From NCBI GenBank assembly GCA_000146045.2, contig BK006940.2:1-64000 (forward strand): a DNA stretch of 64,000 bases. Reading direction: 5' to 3'. Shown here piece by piece: positions 10,301 to 20,846 of this stretch (positions within the stretch are counted from its first letter, which is position 1; each line of letters begins with the position of its first letter). The notes below the pieces were generated by a model. That model did no database searches, was not told the DNA's origin, and saw nothing but the letters and a program-made list of their open reading frames with translations. Both the position numbers and the translations under genes were made by a program. Origin of the DNA: TPA_inf: Saccharomyces. Its lineage: Eukaryota.

Positions 10301-10969
10301 TTATTTACTGTAGTTTTTAAGAACAAATTCTCTGATGAACCAGTCGTGAAACCGTATATCGTTTTCTGCCAATTCCGGATGAAATGATGTCGCAAGAATA
10401 TTGTTTTTTTGCTTAGCGGCAACAATTAGTTCTTGACCACCATTATCCTTCCCATCTAATTTGTACAGGACCTGCACATGTTCAGGATCCAGCACCTCTT
10501 CTATTACTGGGGCTCTTATAAAAGTAGCAGGAAAATCATTGCAGTGAGGAATAAAGTTTGAAAAGTCGCAAATCCGGGTAGAAGACTGAGCTTGTCTCCC
10601 AAATGCATTTCTTTTTACTTTAACCTTTAGTAAATTCAGCGTCTTGACCAGTTTTGCTTCGTTAGATAATTGTTGTGAAATATAAATCAAACCTGCACAA
10701 GTACCCCAGGTTACCTTGCTTGGGTTGTGTACGAATGCGTAGAGATCGTCGTAAAATCCTGTTCTTTCTGCAATAAGGGACATTGCAGTCGACTCTCCCC
10801 CAGGTATGATCAATGCATCACATTGAGCTAGTTGATTTTTATCCTTCACTGTCATCACAGATAGTTTTTTTTCATAGAAATCCCTGTTTTCGACGATGCA
10901 TTTTTCTACGTGTCGCACATGTTCAATGAACGCACCCTGTAATGCCAAGACTCCGATAACGACGGTCAT
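10301..10969 (-). CDS. SNO3: Glutaminase subunit of PLP synthase (SNO/PDX2 family), 222 aa. Start taken at MTVVIGVLALQGAF....
   Basis: Class I glutamine amidotransferase motifs (ALIIPGGESTAM, GTCAG). It is divergently paired with the SNZ gene, as in all SNZ/SNO loci. Confidence 0.9.
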   Translation of the reverse strand: MTVVIGVLALQGAFIEHVRHVEKCIVENRDFYEKKLSVMTVKDKNQLAQCDALIIPGGESTAMSLIAERTGFYDDLYAFVHNPSKVTWGTCAGLIYISQQLSNEAKLVKTLNLLKVKVKRNAFGRQAQSSTRICDFSNFIPHCNDFPATFIRAPVIEEVLDPEHVQVLYKLDGKDNGGQELIVAAKQKNNILATSFHPELAENDIRFHDWFIREFVLKNYSK

Positions 10970-11244
10970 TTTTGAGATATTACTCTTGTCTTGGCCCCAG
11001 CAACCAGGGTCATGGTAAGTGTGCTTGCTACTCAAACAGAAAAAAATGGGCTTTTATCAATGAATAACTTTTTTTTTTTTTTGTAGCTGAATGATGAAAG
11101 ATGGCTCAACTATTCTTACAGTTTCCAATAAAGTGACGCGCCGCCCAATGGCATAACAGTAGTAGGCACATTATATCGTTTGAATGGCAAAATGTTGTGG
11201 CAAGGAAAGAGCAGAATTATTTGTTCATGTGGAATGAATTTCAC

Positions 11245-11270
11245 ACACACACACACACATATATAAAACT
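11245..11270. repeat. (CA)9-(TA)4 microsatellite in the SNO3-SNZ3 divergent promoter.
   Basis: cacacacacacacacacatatataaaa is read directly from the sequence. Confidence 0.9.
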
Positions 11271-11362
11271 AGTATGTTTCTCCACCATAGTCACATTATT
11301 ATTCGACCCTTCTGGGAAAGGAACTATAATAGAAAAATAAGTATATCGTAAAAAAGACAAAA

Positions 11363-12259
11363 ATGTCAGAATTCAAGGTTAAAACTGGGCTTGCCCAAAT
11401 GTTAAAGGGCGGTGTGATTATGGACGTCGTCACACCTGAACAGGCTATTATCGCAGAAAGAGCGGGCGCTTGTGCTGTAATGGCATTGGAACGCATTCCA
11501 GCTGACATGCGCAAGTCTGGCCAAGTATGCCGTATGTCAGATCCTCGCATGATCAAAGAAATTATGGAAGCTGTTTCAATTCCGGTGATGGCAAAGGTCC
11601 GTATTGGACACTTCGTGGAGGCACAGATCCTGGAAGAGCTGCAAGTAGACTACATTGACGAAAGTGAGGTTTTGACTCCAGCTGATTGGACACATCACAT
11701 TGAGAAGCATAACTTCAAGGTGCCATTTGTTTGCGGTGCCAAGGATCTAGGTGAGGCTTTGAGAAGAATAAACGAAGGTGCTGCAATGATCCGTACCAAA
11801 GGTGAAGCAGGTACCGGTGACGTTTCCGAGGCCGTCAAGCACATCACCAAGATTAAGGCGGAGATCCAGCAGTATAAAGAGAATTTGAAGACCGAATCCG
11901 ATTTTGCAGCTAAGGCCACAGAATTACGCGTCCCTGTCGACTTGCTGAAGACAACACTATCAGAGGGAAAGCTACCTGTAGTCAATTTTGCTGCTGGTGG
12001 AGTTGCTACTCCAGCAGACGCTGCTCTATTGATGCAATTGGGTTGTGAAGGTGTTTTCGTCGGCTCAGGTATATTCAAATCGTCAGATCCTGAGAAGTTA
12101 GCATGTGCTATCGTTGAAGCCACGACTCACTACGATAACCCAGCAAAACTATTGCAAGTTTCCAGCGATTTGGGTGACTTGATGGGTGGTATTTCCATCC
12201 AATCAATTAATGAAGCAGGAGGCAAAAACGGTGCAAGACTTTCTGAAATCGGATGGTAG
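11363..12259 (+). CDS. SNZ3: Pyridoxal-5'-phosphate synthase subunit (SNZ/PDX1 family), 298 aa.
   Basis: [51 protein letters not shown]... is a canonical PdxS/SNZ sequence. It shares a divergent promoter with SNO3, which contains a (CA)n tract. Confidence 0.92.
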   Translation: MSEFKVKTGLAQMLKGGVIMDVVTPEQAIIAERAGACAVMALERIPADMRKSGQVCRMSDPRMIKEIMEAVSIPVMAKVRIGHFVEAQILEELQVDYIDESEVLTPADWTHHIEKHNFKVPFVCGAKDLGEALRRINEGAAMIRTKGEAGTGDVSEAVKHITKIKAEIQQYKENLKTESDFAAKATELRVPVDLLKTTLSEGKLPVVNFAAGGVATPADAALLMQLGCEGVFVGSGIFKSSDPEKLACAIVEATTHYDNPAKLLQVSSDLGDLMGGISIQSINEAGGKNGARLSEIGW

Positions 12260-12928
12260 AACTAGCGATGCTCACACAACGCTAATTTGTTTCCTTCGAA
12301 GGGGCAGTCGGCTATTGTAGTTTCTATATATTATGTAGCACAACATGGAAACCATATTCAGCCAGTTTGTATATATGAGAATTAAACGTTAAAACTTTTT
12401 CATCCTATCAGTCTTTCACATTGGCCTTGCCTAAAGGGCACAATCGTTCACGTATATACATATGTATGTTTACGTATATATATATGTGTTTACAAATATG
12501 CATGTATATTCTTTTCGAGGAAGATTATTATATGCTATTAGGCGATGAGTCGGCTTAATTTTTTAGGGGGACGAGATTGGCGCGTTAGTGCATAAAGACA
12601 GCAAATCACCTGGAGGTGACAACATTAATGCATTTATCGGTTTTTGGCTATGATGCAATGAGTACAGTTCCAATTGAACGGCTCATGAACTATGAAATAT
12701 ACGAATTATTCAACTAGCAGAAGGCTTGAAATATTACTTATTCAGATTATGAAAATGGTGCTGTTATAGCAAAATAAGCAACATCAATCTCTTGCGACGA
12801 CAGCAAACAAAACATATAAAAACCTCGTATTATCATCTTCATGAACAATATTCTTGTCCATTCTTTTGTTCTTTTACCTTTTCAATTTTATAAAAATACC
12901 ACAACAACAATAAACACACTTCCAAGCT

Positions 12929-13951
12929 ATGTCTACAGACAAGATCACATTTTTGTTGAACTGGCAACCAACCCCATACCATATTCCAATTTTCTTGGCT
13001 CAAACCAAAGGTTACTTCAAGGAGCAAGGTCTAGACATGGCCATCCTAGAACCAACCAATCCTTCCGATGTCACTGAGTTAATTGGATCTGGTAAGGTCG
13101 ACATGGGTTTGAAAGCCATGATCCACACCTTGGCTGCCAAGGCCCGTGGTTTCCCAGTGACCTCTGTTGCCTCTTTGTTGGACGAACCATTTACCGGTGT
13201 CTTGTACTTAAAGGGCAGTGGTATCACTGAAGACTTCCAGTCCCTAAAGGGTAAGAAGATCGGTTACGTTGGTGAATTCGGTAAGATCCAAATCGATGAA
13301 TTGACCAAGCACTACGGTATGAAGCCAGAAGACTACACCGCCGTCAGATGTGGTATGAATGTCGCCAAGTACATCATCGAAGGTAAGATTGATGCCGGTA
13401 TTGGTATCGAATGTATGCAACAAGTCGAATTGGAAGAGTACTTGGCCAAGCAAGGCAGACCAGCTTCTGATGCTAAAATGTTGAGAATTGACAAGTTGGC
13501 TTGCTTGGGTTGCTGTTGCTTCTGTACCGTTCTTTACATCTGCAACGATGAATTTTTGAAGAAGAACCCTGAAAAGGTCAGAAAGTTCTTGAAAGCCATC
13601 AAGAAGGCAACCGACTACGTTCTAGCCGACCCTGTGAAGGCTTGGAAAGAATACATCGACTTCAAGCCTCAATTGAACAACGATCTATCCTACAAGCAAT
13701 ACCAAAGATGTTACGCTTACTTCTCTTCATCTTTGTACAATGTTCACCGTGACTGGAAGAAGGTTACCGGTTACGGTAAGAGATTAGCCATCTTGCCACC
13801 AGACTATGTCTCGAACTACACTAATGAATACTTGTCCTGGCCAGAACCAGAAGAGGTTTCTGATCCTTTGGAAGCTCAAAGATTGATGGCTATTCATCAA
13901 GAAAAATGCAGACAGGAAGGTACTTTCAAGAGATTGGCTCTTCCAGCTTAA
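12929..13951 (+). CDS. THI5: HMP-P (thiamine pyrimidine) synthase of the THI5/THI11/THI12/THI13 family, 340 aa.
   Basis: [74 protein letters not shown]... is NMT1/THI5-family sequence with a CCCF motif. It sits next to SNZ3, as in the other subtelomeric copies. Confidence 0.92.
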   Translation: MSTDKITFLLNWQPTPYHIPIFLAQTKGYFKEQGLDMAILEPTNPSDVTELIGSGKVDMGLKAMIHTLAAKARGFPVTSVASLLDEPFTGVLYLKGSGITEDFQSLKGKKIGYVGEFGKIQIDELTKHYGMKPEDYTAVRCGMNVAKYIIEGKIDAGIGIECMQQVELEEYLAKQGRPASDAKMLRIDKLACLGCCCFCTVLYICNDEFLKKNPEKVRKFLKAIKKATDYVLADPVKAWKEYIDFKPQLNNDLSYKQYQRCYAYFSSSLYNVHRDWKKVTGYGKRLAILPPDYVSNYTNEYLSWPEPEEVSDPLEAQRLMAIHQEKCRQEGTFKRLALPA

Positions 13952-14304
13952 ACGCACTTCGTCACTCCTCGAGCGCAGCCTTCCTCTACGACTTGTGTAT
14001 GATTTCACATTAGGTTTTTTTTCCTCCCTGATATTTAGATATTTACTATTAAGATATTATTTATGAGCCTTTTATTACAGCTTCTTTTCCCTTGTAATTA
14101 TTGTACTTGCCTCCAAGTATCGAAAGTCTTGCGTTGCCTCAATTTGCCACTTCAAATACTGTAATCTGCACAATTTACGTCCGAAATAGATGAGGGATAA
14201 AAGCTGTTTTTAAGTACGGCTTATTCAAAAGTATAAAAGTAGAGAGCATAGAATATATAAGGGCATATTTCTTACACAAACGCACCAAAAAAAAAAAAAT
14301 CTGA

Positions 14305-14763
14305 TTAATCGAAGGAAATCTGCGCAGACATTGCCGTGAGAAGTGAAGCCTTCTTGGTAACAGCCGGATCATCACCGATAAAATTAGTAGGAAAACCAAC
14401 ATCAAAAGGAATAATACTTTCTAAGTACTTTATTTGTTCTGGTGTTAATTTAATGCTCAAAGCCTCAATGTTCTGTTTGAGGTGTTCAATTTTCCTTCCT
14501 CCAACCAATGGAAAAACATTTTTCGCCTTAGAGCGAACATAGGCAATAGCAATAGCAGTAACAGATTCAGTGCCATGTTCCTCAGCAACCTTGGCCAATG
14601 CTTCACTAATCTTGATTTCTGCATCTGTTTGTTCAGAGGCGCCAACGAAAGAACGAATACCCTCTCCATTCTTCCTCCGTTCCTCCATTGCTTTTTTACT
14701 CTGAAATCTTCCACCTCCCATGACATCCCATGGGGCGAGGGCCATACCGAAATGCCTAGCCAT
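14305..14763 (-). CDS. AAD16: Aryl-alcohol dehydrogenase C-terminal fragment ORF, 152 aa from MARHFGMALAPW.... It is the 3' half of a frame-split AAD gene.
   Basis: Aldo-keto reductase family C-terminal region. The track ORF 14305..14901 overlaps the upstream AAD6 ORF in a different frame. Together the two are collinear with full-length AAD proteins (AAD4/AAD14). Confidence 0.8.
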   Translation of the reverse strand: MARHFGMALAPWDVMGGGRFQSKKAMEERRKNGEGIRSFVGASEQTDAEIKISEALAKVAEEHGTESVTAIAIAYVRSKAKNVFPLVGGRKIEHLKQNIEALSIKLTPEQIKYLESIIPFDVGFPTNFIGDDPAVTKKASLLTAMSAQISFD

Positions 14764-14792
14764 TGGAATGATATCACGTTCGAAGTCTCTGT

Positions 14793-15431
14793 TCAACAGG
14801 TTCCATTTACCTTGATAGATGCTAAAAGGGGTTTTACCATGAGATTTAGCGTAGTAATTTGCCGCAGAAACAACCCAGGCAGGCGTATCAGACACACCCA
14901 AATAGAGGACCTTGCCTGCTGCACTAGAATGTGTAAACTATCCATAACTTCTTCGATAGAACTCATATAATCCCACCAGTGAACGTAAAGTATATCAATC
15001 CAATCAGTTTGCAATTTGCGGAGAGAATCCCTCACACTCACATGCAAACTACGCTTGTGATTGCCACAGTAGTTTGCGCTTTTACCACCACCAACGTCGT
15101 ATTTCTTATAGTCAGTGGTAAACTTGGTGGCGATTACAATCTGGTCGCGTAATTTTCTTGAAACCATCCATTCACCGATCCAAGCTTCTGACTGTTCGTT
15201 TTGATAATTATTTGCAGTATCAATGAAATTTCCACCTGCCTCATAAAAAGCATCGAGCAACTCAAAAGCTCGCTCCTTGCTCATTGATCCTAGGATTTCA
15301 GACCAAGCGTCGCCAATTGACATTCCTCCCAAAATGAGAGGGGAAACTCTAATACCAGCACTTTTAGAAAGAACTCTGAGACGTCCTAACTCTGTAGATG
15401 GTTCAGGAGCAGGAGCAAATAAATCAGCCAT
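14793..15431 (-). CDS. AAD6: Aryl-alcohol dehydrogenase N-terminal fragment ORF, 212 aa. It is the 5' half of the same split AAD gene.
   Basis: [89 protein letters not shown]... is an AKR-family N-terminus. The frame ends at 14793, inside the overlap with the AAD16 frame. Confidence 0.8.
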   Translation of the reverse strand: MADLFAPAPEPSTELGRLRVLSKSAGIRVSPLILGGMSIGDAWSEILGSMSKERAFELLDAFYEAGGNFIDTANNYQNEQSEAWIGEWMVSRKLRDQIVIATKFTTDYKKYDVGGGKSANYCGNHKRSLHVSVRDSLRKLQTDWIDILYVHWWDYMSSIEEVMDSLHILVQQARSSIWVCLIRLPGLFLRQITTLNLMVKPLLASIKVNGTC

Positions 15432-17003
15432 ATTAAAAATCGCTATTGAAAATGATATAGAAGAGATATTCAGTTAGTACTGAATTTATATCGATTGATT
15501 GACTGATTTAGGTTGAACAGAGAGGAAATTGTTTCTCATTGCGACGGTATTGCTCCTTTTATATGTCTGAAGATTGAGTGCTTATTTTCTCGAATTTGTG
15601 CACGTGAAAACGGTGAACGTGGTTGTATACCTTCGATACGGATTTGCTTACTAATTGAGAGCAAAATTAGTAAGCGAAATGTGAAAATTGGCTTACGAAT
15701 TAGCCACTGCATGTTCTACGGTTTCCACAACAAAACTGCAAGAACCTGTGTTGATTCGGAACGGTACTATCTCTTCGTAATATCAAAGTTCATTTTGCGT
15801 TACTCCATCCTAGTAATTCTTTCAGATTCCATTTGAAAAGGCTAAAGATTCTATAGGAGCGGTGGCAAACCAGAAAGTCTAAATATTGTTATCAATCCGT
15901 GCGTTGTTTTGCTTTTTAAAACCAGCAAGGCAAGCAGATGCAATATAGATCTTTACGGCTTCCTGTACGCACATTTTAAACTCGACAAGCCAGCTCCTTC
16001 TCCTGTTCACGCCCTCTACGAACCATGTGATTATTAGCACTGTATTTGAGAACAGGTCGGTGTATCATTTTCTACAATTTTGTACATAGAAAATTAAATG
16101 CCGGATGATTGCGATTATCAATTACTTAGCCCTTGATTAAAGTCACGCTTTCACCAAATATGTGCTCCTGCGCACTTCTTTTCTGCCATCTTTTTTTTAT
16201 TATTTTTTATTGATTCCCACATAGAATCCTTTTCATTAACAATGTGAAACCAAAGAAGAGTAGTAGGTTCACGTTATGTCTCTCTTTAGCATATGTCTCT
16301 CTTTAGCATCGCCAAAATATGATTTCAAAATCCTTGAGCCTATTATACCACGTTCCAAAACTTGGCCAAAACAATGCTACAAAAAGCGATGGACTTAATG
16401 CTATAGGAGTCTGGTTACTGGCTGCAAGTGAATTCTTCACCCAACTAAGCAGCTTTCTATTAGAAAATATGTTTATATAGGTCTAAACCGTCATACTATT
16501 AGTGCTGGCTTGAAGGATGGTATTATTATTTGTCAGGTGTTTTTCTTAACCTACGAAAACCAAAGAAGCCTCAGTTTTTTTTTTCCTCCTTTGATCCGAA
16601 TCGAGTAGGAGTACTTAACGAGTTGAAAAGTTTTCAATTCCTTGTTACCAAAGGACACATTCTAACAAAGCAAAAGTCCTCATACAGACTTGACGGGATA
16701 TTTCTTTCTATATAAAAACTTCTCAAAAAGTTTTTTACCACAACTGTGGCAATGTTAACGCTTTTTGTCGAAGTAGTGTAGCGTAGCGCCACACTATTCA
16801 AGGATACATAGTAAATCAGAGAAAGGTTATCTTGTAAGCATACATATTACTGGAGATCATGTTTCCGGAGTAACTCCGCTGGTATTTCTACTAAGCTGGA
16901 TCGTTACTATATAATTGATGGATTCTGCTAATAGATTCCACTCTTTTTGTCAGTTCTCCCCTCATTGCTCTGAAAATATACAAGATTTCAGCAATCCTCG
17001 CTA

Positions 17004-18680
17004 ATGGCAGTCCTTAACTTGAAACGTGAAACTGTCGACATTGAAGAGACAGCGAAGAAAGATATCAAACCTTATTTTGCTTCGAATGTTGAAGCGGTTG
17101 ATATTGATGAAGATCCCGATGTTTCAAGATACGATCCCCAGACAGGAGTGAAAAGGGCGCTCAAAAATAGGCATATCTCATTGCTAGCTTTGGGTGGTGT
17201 TATTGGCCCAGGTTGTCTTGTTGGTGCAGGAAACGCACTCAACAAAGGTGGGCCACTTGCTTTACTTTTAGGCTTTAGTATTATTGGGATCATTGCTTTC
17301 TCAGTGATGGAATCTATAGGTGAAATGATCACTTTATATCCCTCGGGCGGTGGATTTACCACTTTGGCTCGAAGATTTCATAGCGATGCACTGCCTGCAG
17401 TTTGCGGTTATGCTTACGTTGTTGTGTTCTTCGCAGTTTTGGCAAATGAGTACAACACTCTCTCCTCCATACTACAGTTTTGGGGCCCACAAGTCCCTCT
17501 ATATGGTTACATCTTGATATTCTGGTTTGCATTTGAAATTTTTCAACTAGTTGGCGTTGGTCTTTTTGGTGAAACGGAGTACTGGCTTGCTTGGTTGAAA
17601 ATAGTAGGATTAGTAGCCTATTATATTTTCTCGATTGTTTACATATCTGGGGATATTAGGAATAGACCAGCTTTCGGCTTTCATTATTGGAATAGTCCAG
17701 GTGCATTATCACATGGGTTTAAGGGAATTGCGATAGTGTTTGTGTTTTGTTCGACCTTCTATTCTGGAACGGAATCAGTTGCCTTGGCTGCAACGGAATC
17801 AAAAAACCCTGGGAAGGCTGTGCCACTTGCTGTTCGACAAACTCTGTGGAGAATTTTAGTTGTTTATATTGGAATTGCTGTTTTCTATGGAGCAACTGTT
17901 CCGTTTGACGACCCAAACCTCTCTGCTTCTACCAAAGTCCTAAAATCTCCCATTGCTATCGCCATATCTCGTGCTGGTTGGGCCGGCGGAGCTCATCTGG
18001 TTAATGCCTTCATTTTGATAACTTGCATCTCCGCCATTAATGGGTCACTTTATATAGGGAGCAGAACCTTGACGCATTTAGCACATGAAGGCCTAGCTCC
18101 AAAAATTCTGGCTTGGACCGATCGAAGAGGCGTTCCCATCCCCGCCATCACTGTTTTCAACGCCTTGGGCCTAATATCATTGATGAATGTGAGCGTTGGA
18201 GCTGCAAATGCGTACTCTTATATCGTTAATCTTTCTGGTGTTGGCGTCTTTATTGTCTGGGGTGTAATAAGTTATACGCACCTGAGAATAAGGAAGGCGT
18301 GGGTTGCTCAAGGAAGATCCATAGAAGAGCTACCTTATGAAGCGCTATTTTATCCGTGGACGCCAGTACTTAGTCTGGCCGCTAACATTTTTCTAGCACT
18401 CATCCAAGGATGGAGCTATTTCGTACCTTTTGATGCGGGCAATTTTGTTGATGCTTATATCCTTCTGCCTGTTGGAATTTTATTGTATATTGGCATATGT
18501 GTTTTTAAGAGCAATCATTTTAGAACTGTTGATTTGCGGTCAATCAACCTAGACGAAGGACGAAGAAAAGACATGGAGGCTGATCTTTCTGATCAAGAGA
18601 GTAGCTTAGCATCTTCGGAAACGATGAAGGATTATAAAAGTGCAACTTTTTTCAGATACCTCAGCAACATTTTCACCTGA
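17004..18680 (+). CDS. AGP3: Amino-acid permease of the APC/AAP family, 558 aa, 12 predicted TM segments.
   Basis: Typical yeast amino-acid-permease N-terminal region (RALKNRHISLLALGGVIGPGCLVGAGNALNKGGP) and overall length. Position matches YFL055W. Confidence 0.9.
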   Translation: MAVLNLKRETVDIEETAKKDIKPYFASNVEAVDIDEDPDVSRYDPQTGVKRALKNRHISLLALGGVIGPGCLVGAGNALNKGGPLALLLGFSIIGIIAFSVMESIGEMITLYPSGGGFTTLARRFHSDALPAVCGYAYVVVFFAVLANEYNTLSSILQFWGPQVPLYGYILIFWFAFEIFQLVGVGLFGETEYWLAWLKIVGLVAYYIFSIVYISGDIRNRPAFGFHYWNSPGALSHGFKGIAIVFVFCSTFYSGTESVALAATESKNPGKAVPLAVRQTLWRILVVYIGIAVFYGATVPFDDPNLSASTKVLKSPIAIAISRAGWAGGAHLVNAFILITCISAINGSLYIGSRTLTHLAHEGLAPKILAWTDRRGVPIPAITVFNALGLISLMNVSVGAANAYSYIVNLSGVGVFIVWGVISYTHLRIRKAWVAQGRSIEELPYEALFYPWTPVLSLAANIFLALIQGWSYFVPFDAGNFVDAYILLPVGILLYIGICVFKSNHFRTVDLRSINLDEGRRKDMEADLSDQESSLASSETMKDYKSATFFRYLSNIFT

Positions 18681-20846
18681 CCATTATTGTGAATATAAGC
18701 TATTTGAGAATTATTTTACCTTTTTACAGCCGCCCCCCCAGGATAAATATTTCAAGTTGTGGTAACGGAAAAGGGCCTTACATACTCTAGTGAGCATAAC
18801 ACGTACAATGAAACTATGATTAAGTCTTCTGCGCTTTTTAGAGCCGATGTAAAAAAACATGCTTTTTTATAACCAATGCATGAAGTATAATTTAGGCCCC
18901 TTTTGAGTTAAACTACTCAGTGTCGAACACAAGTTTGAGATTTCGCAGTCAATTTTTGGGTTGACTCGATTATTTGCTTTGCAAACTTCTTGATGAGTGG
19001 TTCATTGCAAGGATGATTTGTTTTTGTTATTTCTTATTAAGGATATGTAAGATGGTATAAATAAAGAAAGTCGTTTATGAAAGAGAAAAGAAAGAAGAAG
19101 AAAAATCAAATTTACGGCAAAAACAATAAATCAATGTTAAAGCACTAGTAATTGCCGGATGAAAAGGTTCAGAAATTGGTTGCGGAACGTTTTTACGCCG
19201 GCCAGGGTTTTTCATAGACCATTTATGAGATATTATACAGCAATATTCTAGCACAAAAGATAATCAACCCGAAATATCAATTTCATAGGGTATAAACCCA
19301 AGAACCTCTTGACCGGTGACTTTTTCTCCGAGTTATATTCTAGACCAAGCACCTCTTTTCACCTAGCACATCTTATCCTGTTCCTGAAAAATACAGTTTA
19401 TACGAGCTTGCGTGTTTTCCAAAGAAAAGAGCAAATGCAAGATTCAAGATTACTGTTCTTGTTTTATTTGCACTTATCCAATCAAAAGCTCGTTTAGGGA
19501 TTGTAGAAGAGCTGACTATTGTAGTTAAATATTAGGGGAAATGAATATATTTTATCATGGGAAATACGTGGAACGTGTAATATGTTGTTGCTGCTCCCAA
19601 AATAAATTTACCTGACGAAAACCTTATATTTCCGGAAAAAAAAGCTTAAAGATAAAAGGTTAATTGTACTTTTAAACTCTTGCGGAATCTCTGTGCTCGG
19701 AGAAAAATATCCTGGAAAAGAAGATGCGGGGTAGGCGGACTTAAAAGATAAGTGCACATTTTTCCGGACTTCGAGTGGCGACAGACAGCCTGTTAACTAT
19801 TTTTGAGAATAATTAATCTTTAGGGGGGTTTTAGTAAAACAAACAAAAGACTCAAAATAACGCCAAGAACATCCGAAGAAGTCCTGGTCGCGCTTTTTGC
19901 TGAGGTGGCTTTAAAAAACTAGTTTGCTGAGAGATGTAATAATGGCTTTAACAGATAATTCCTCGTTTGGCCACATTATCAAAAGGCAACCTCTTTCTGA
20001 AAACGGTATAGCCGGAAATGACTGCCGAGTTATATTATTGTTCGGTATACTCAAGTTATTGGTACGAAATATACGATAAGAATCTACCGAATTTTCATCC
20101 ATTTAGTGAGAACGTTGGGTGAATTGAAAAAGGTGATAGATTTTTCTGCTTTGGCCTTGGATTAGCCAAAGTATCAATCCTTAAAATATTTGCTGGCAGT
20201 GTGATTTTTGCCCCTATCTGAGCAAATTTTGTTATCTTTTTCAACGTCAGGCTGAAATTGACAACTTGAGTAACGTAAATCAATATGGCACTTCTCCAAT
20301 TTATATCGCATGAGAAAAATAGCATTGGTCAATCATACAGAACGTAACATCAAAAAACAACCGTTTACATATATATAATCACTTGTCTAAAATTGATTGA
20401 AATTGCATATGAGAAAATATATGATAATGACAATAATTTTCTTTGAGCACAATTAGTTTATTTGGCAACTTGCTCTTTATTATTAGTAAATATAGCACAT
20501 ATTCATATAAAACACATCTTCAGTGGGATTACCTAGTTGATGGTGCCAGGAATTTTCCTATCGTCAACGAGCTGAAAATTTTATTATTTTTATTAATAAC
20601 ATAATGTGAGACTCCTGGTTTGACATTTAATTTTACGTATTAGTCGAATTTTGTTCTTGCCTACAATAAAAAGACAATTAAGCCGCAGGCAGTCTCATTC
20701 TTTATTACAAAAACAAAACGATAGAATTTAGAGCACAAGTAAGAGATGGTAACAAAGTCACGGCTCCCGGATGTAGTATGTCGTCAAATAATAAGTTCGT
20801 GAAATTAATAATTAGGTTATAAATCGTAAAAAATTGAAAATATTAA

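Noticed and set aside
10970-11362. Attempt to identify Gcn4 (TGACTC) sites in the SNO3-SNZ3 divergent promoter.
   Set aside because: Only a near-match (tgactat at about 11290) was found. It is not exact, so no site is called.
11695-12123. 142-aa minus-strand ORF inside SNZ3.
   Set aside because: Antisense to a highly conserved CDS. The same applies to 21404..21658 (in AQY3), 34825..35133 (in ALR2), 37864..38189 (in SWP82), 46427..47067 (in LAM5), 53326..53807 (in ACT1), 56537..56971 and 57457..57789 (in TUB2), 59432..59884 and 61485..61742 (in RPO41), and 49370..49972 (in FET5).
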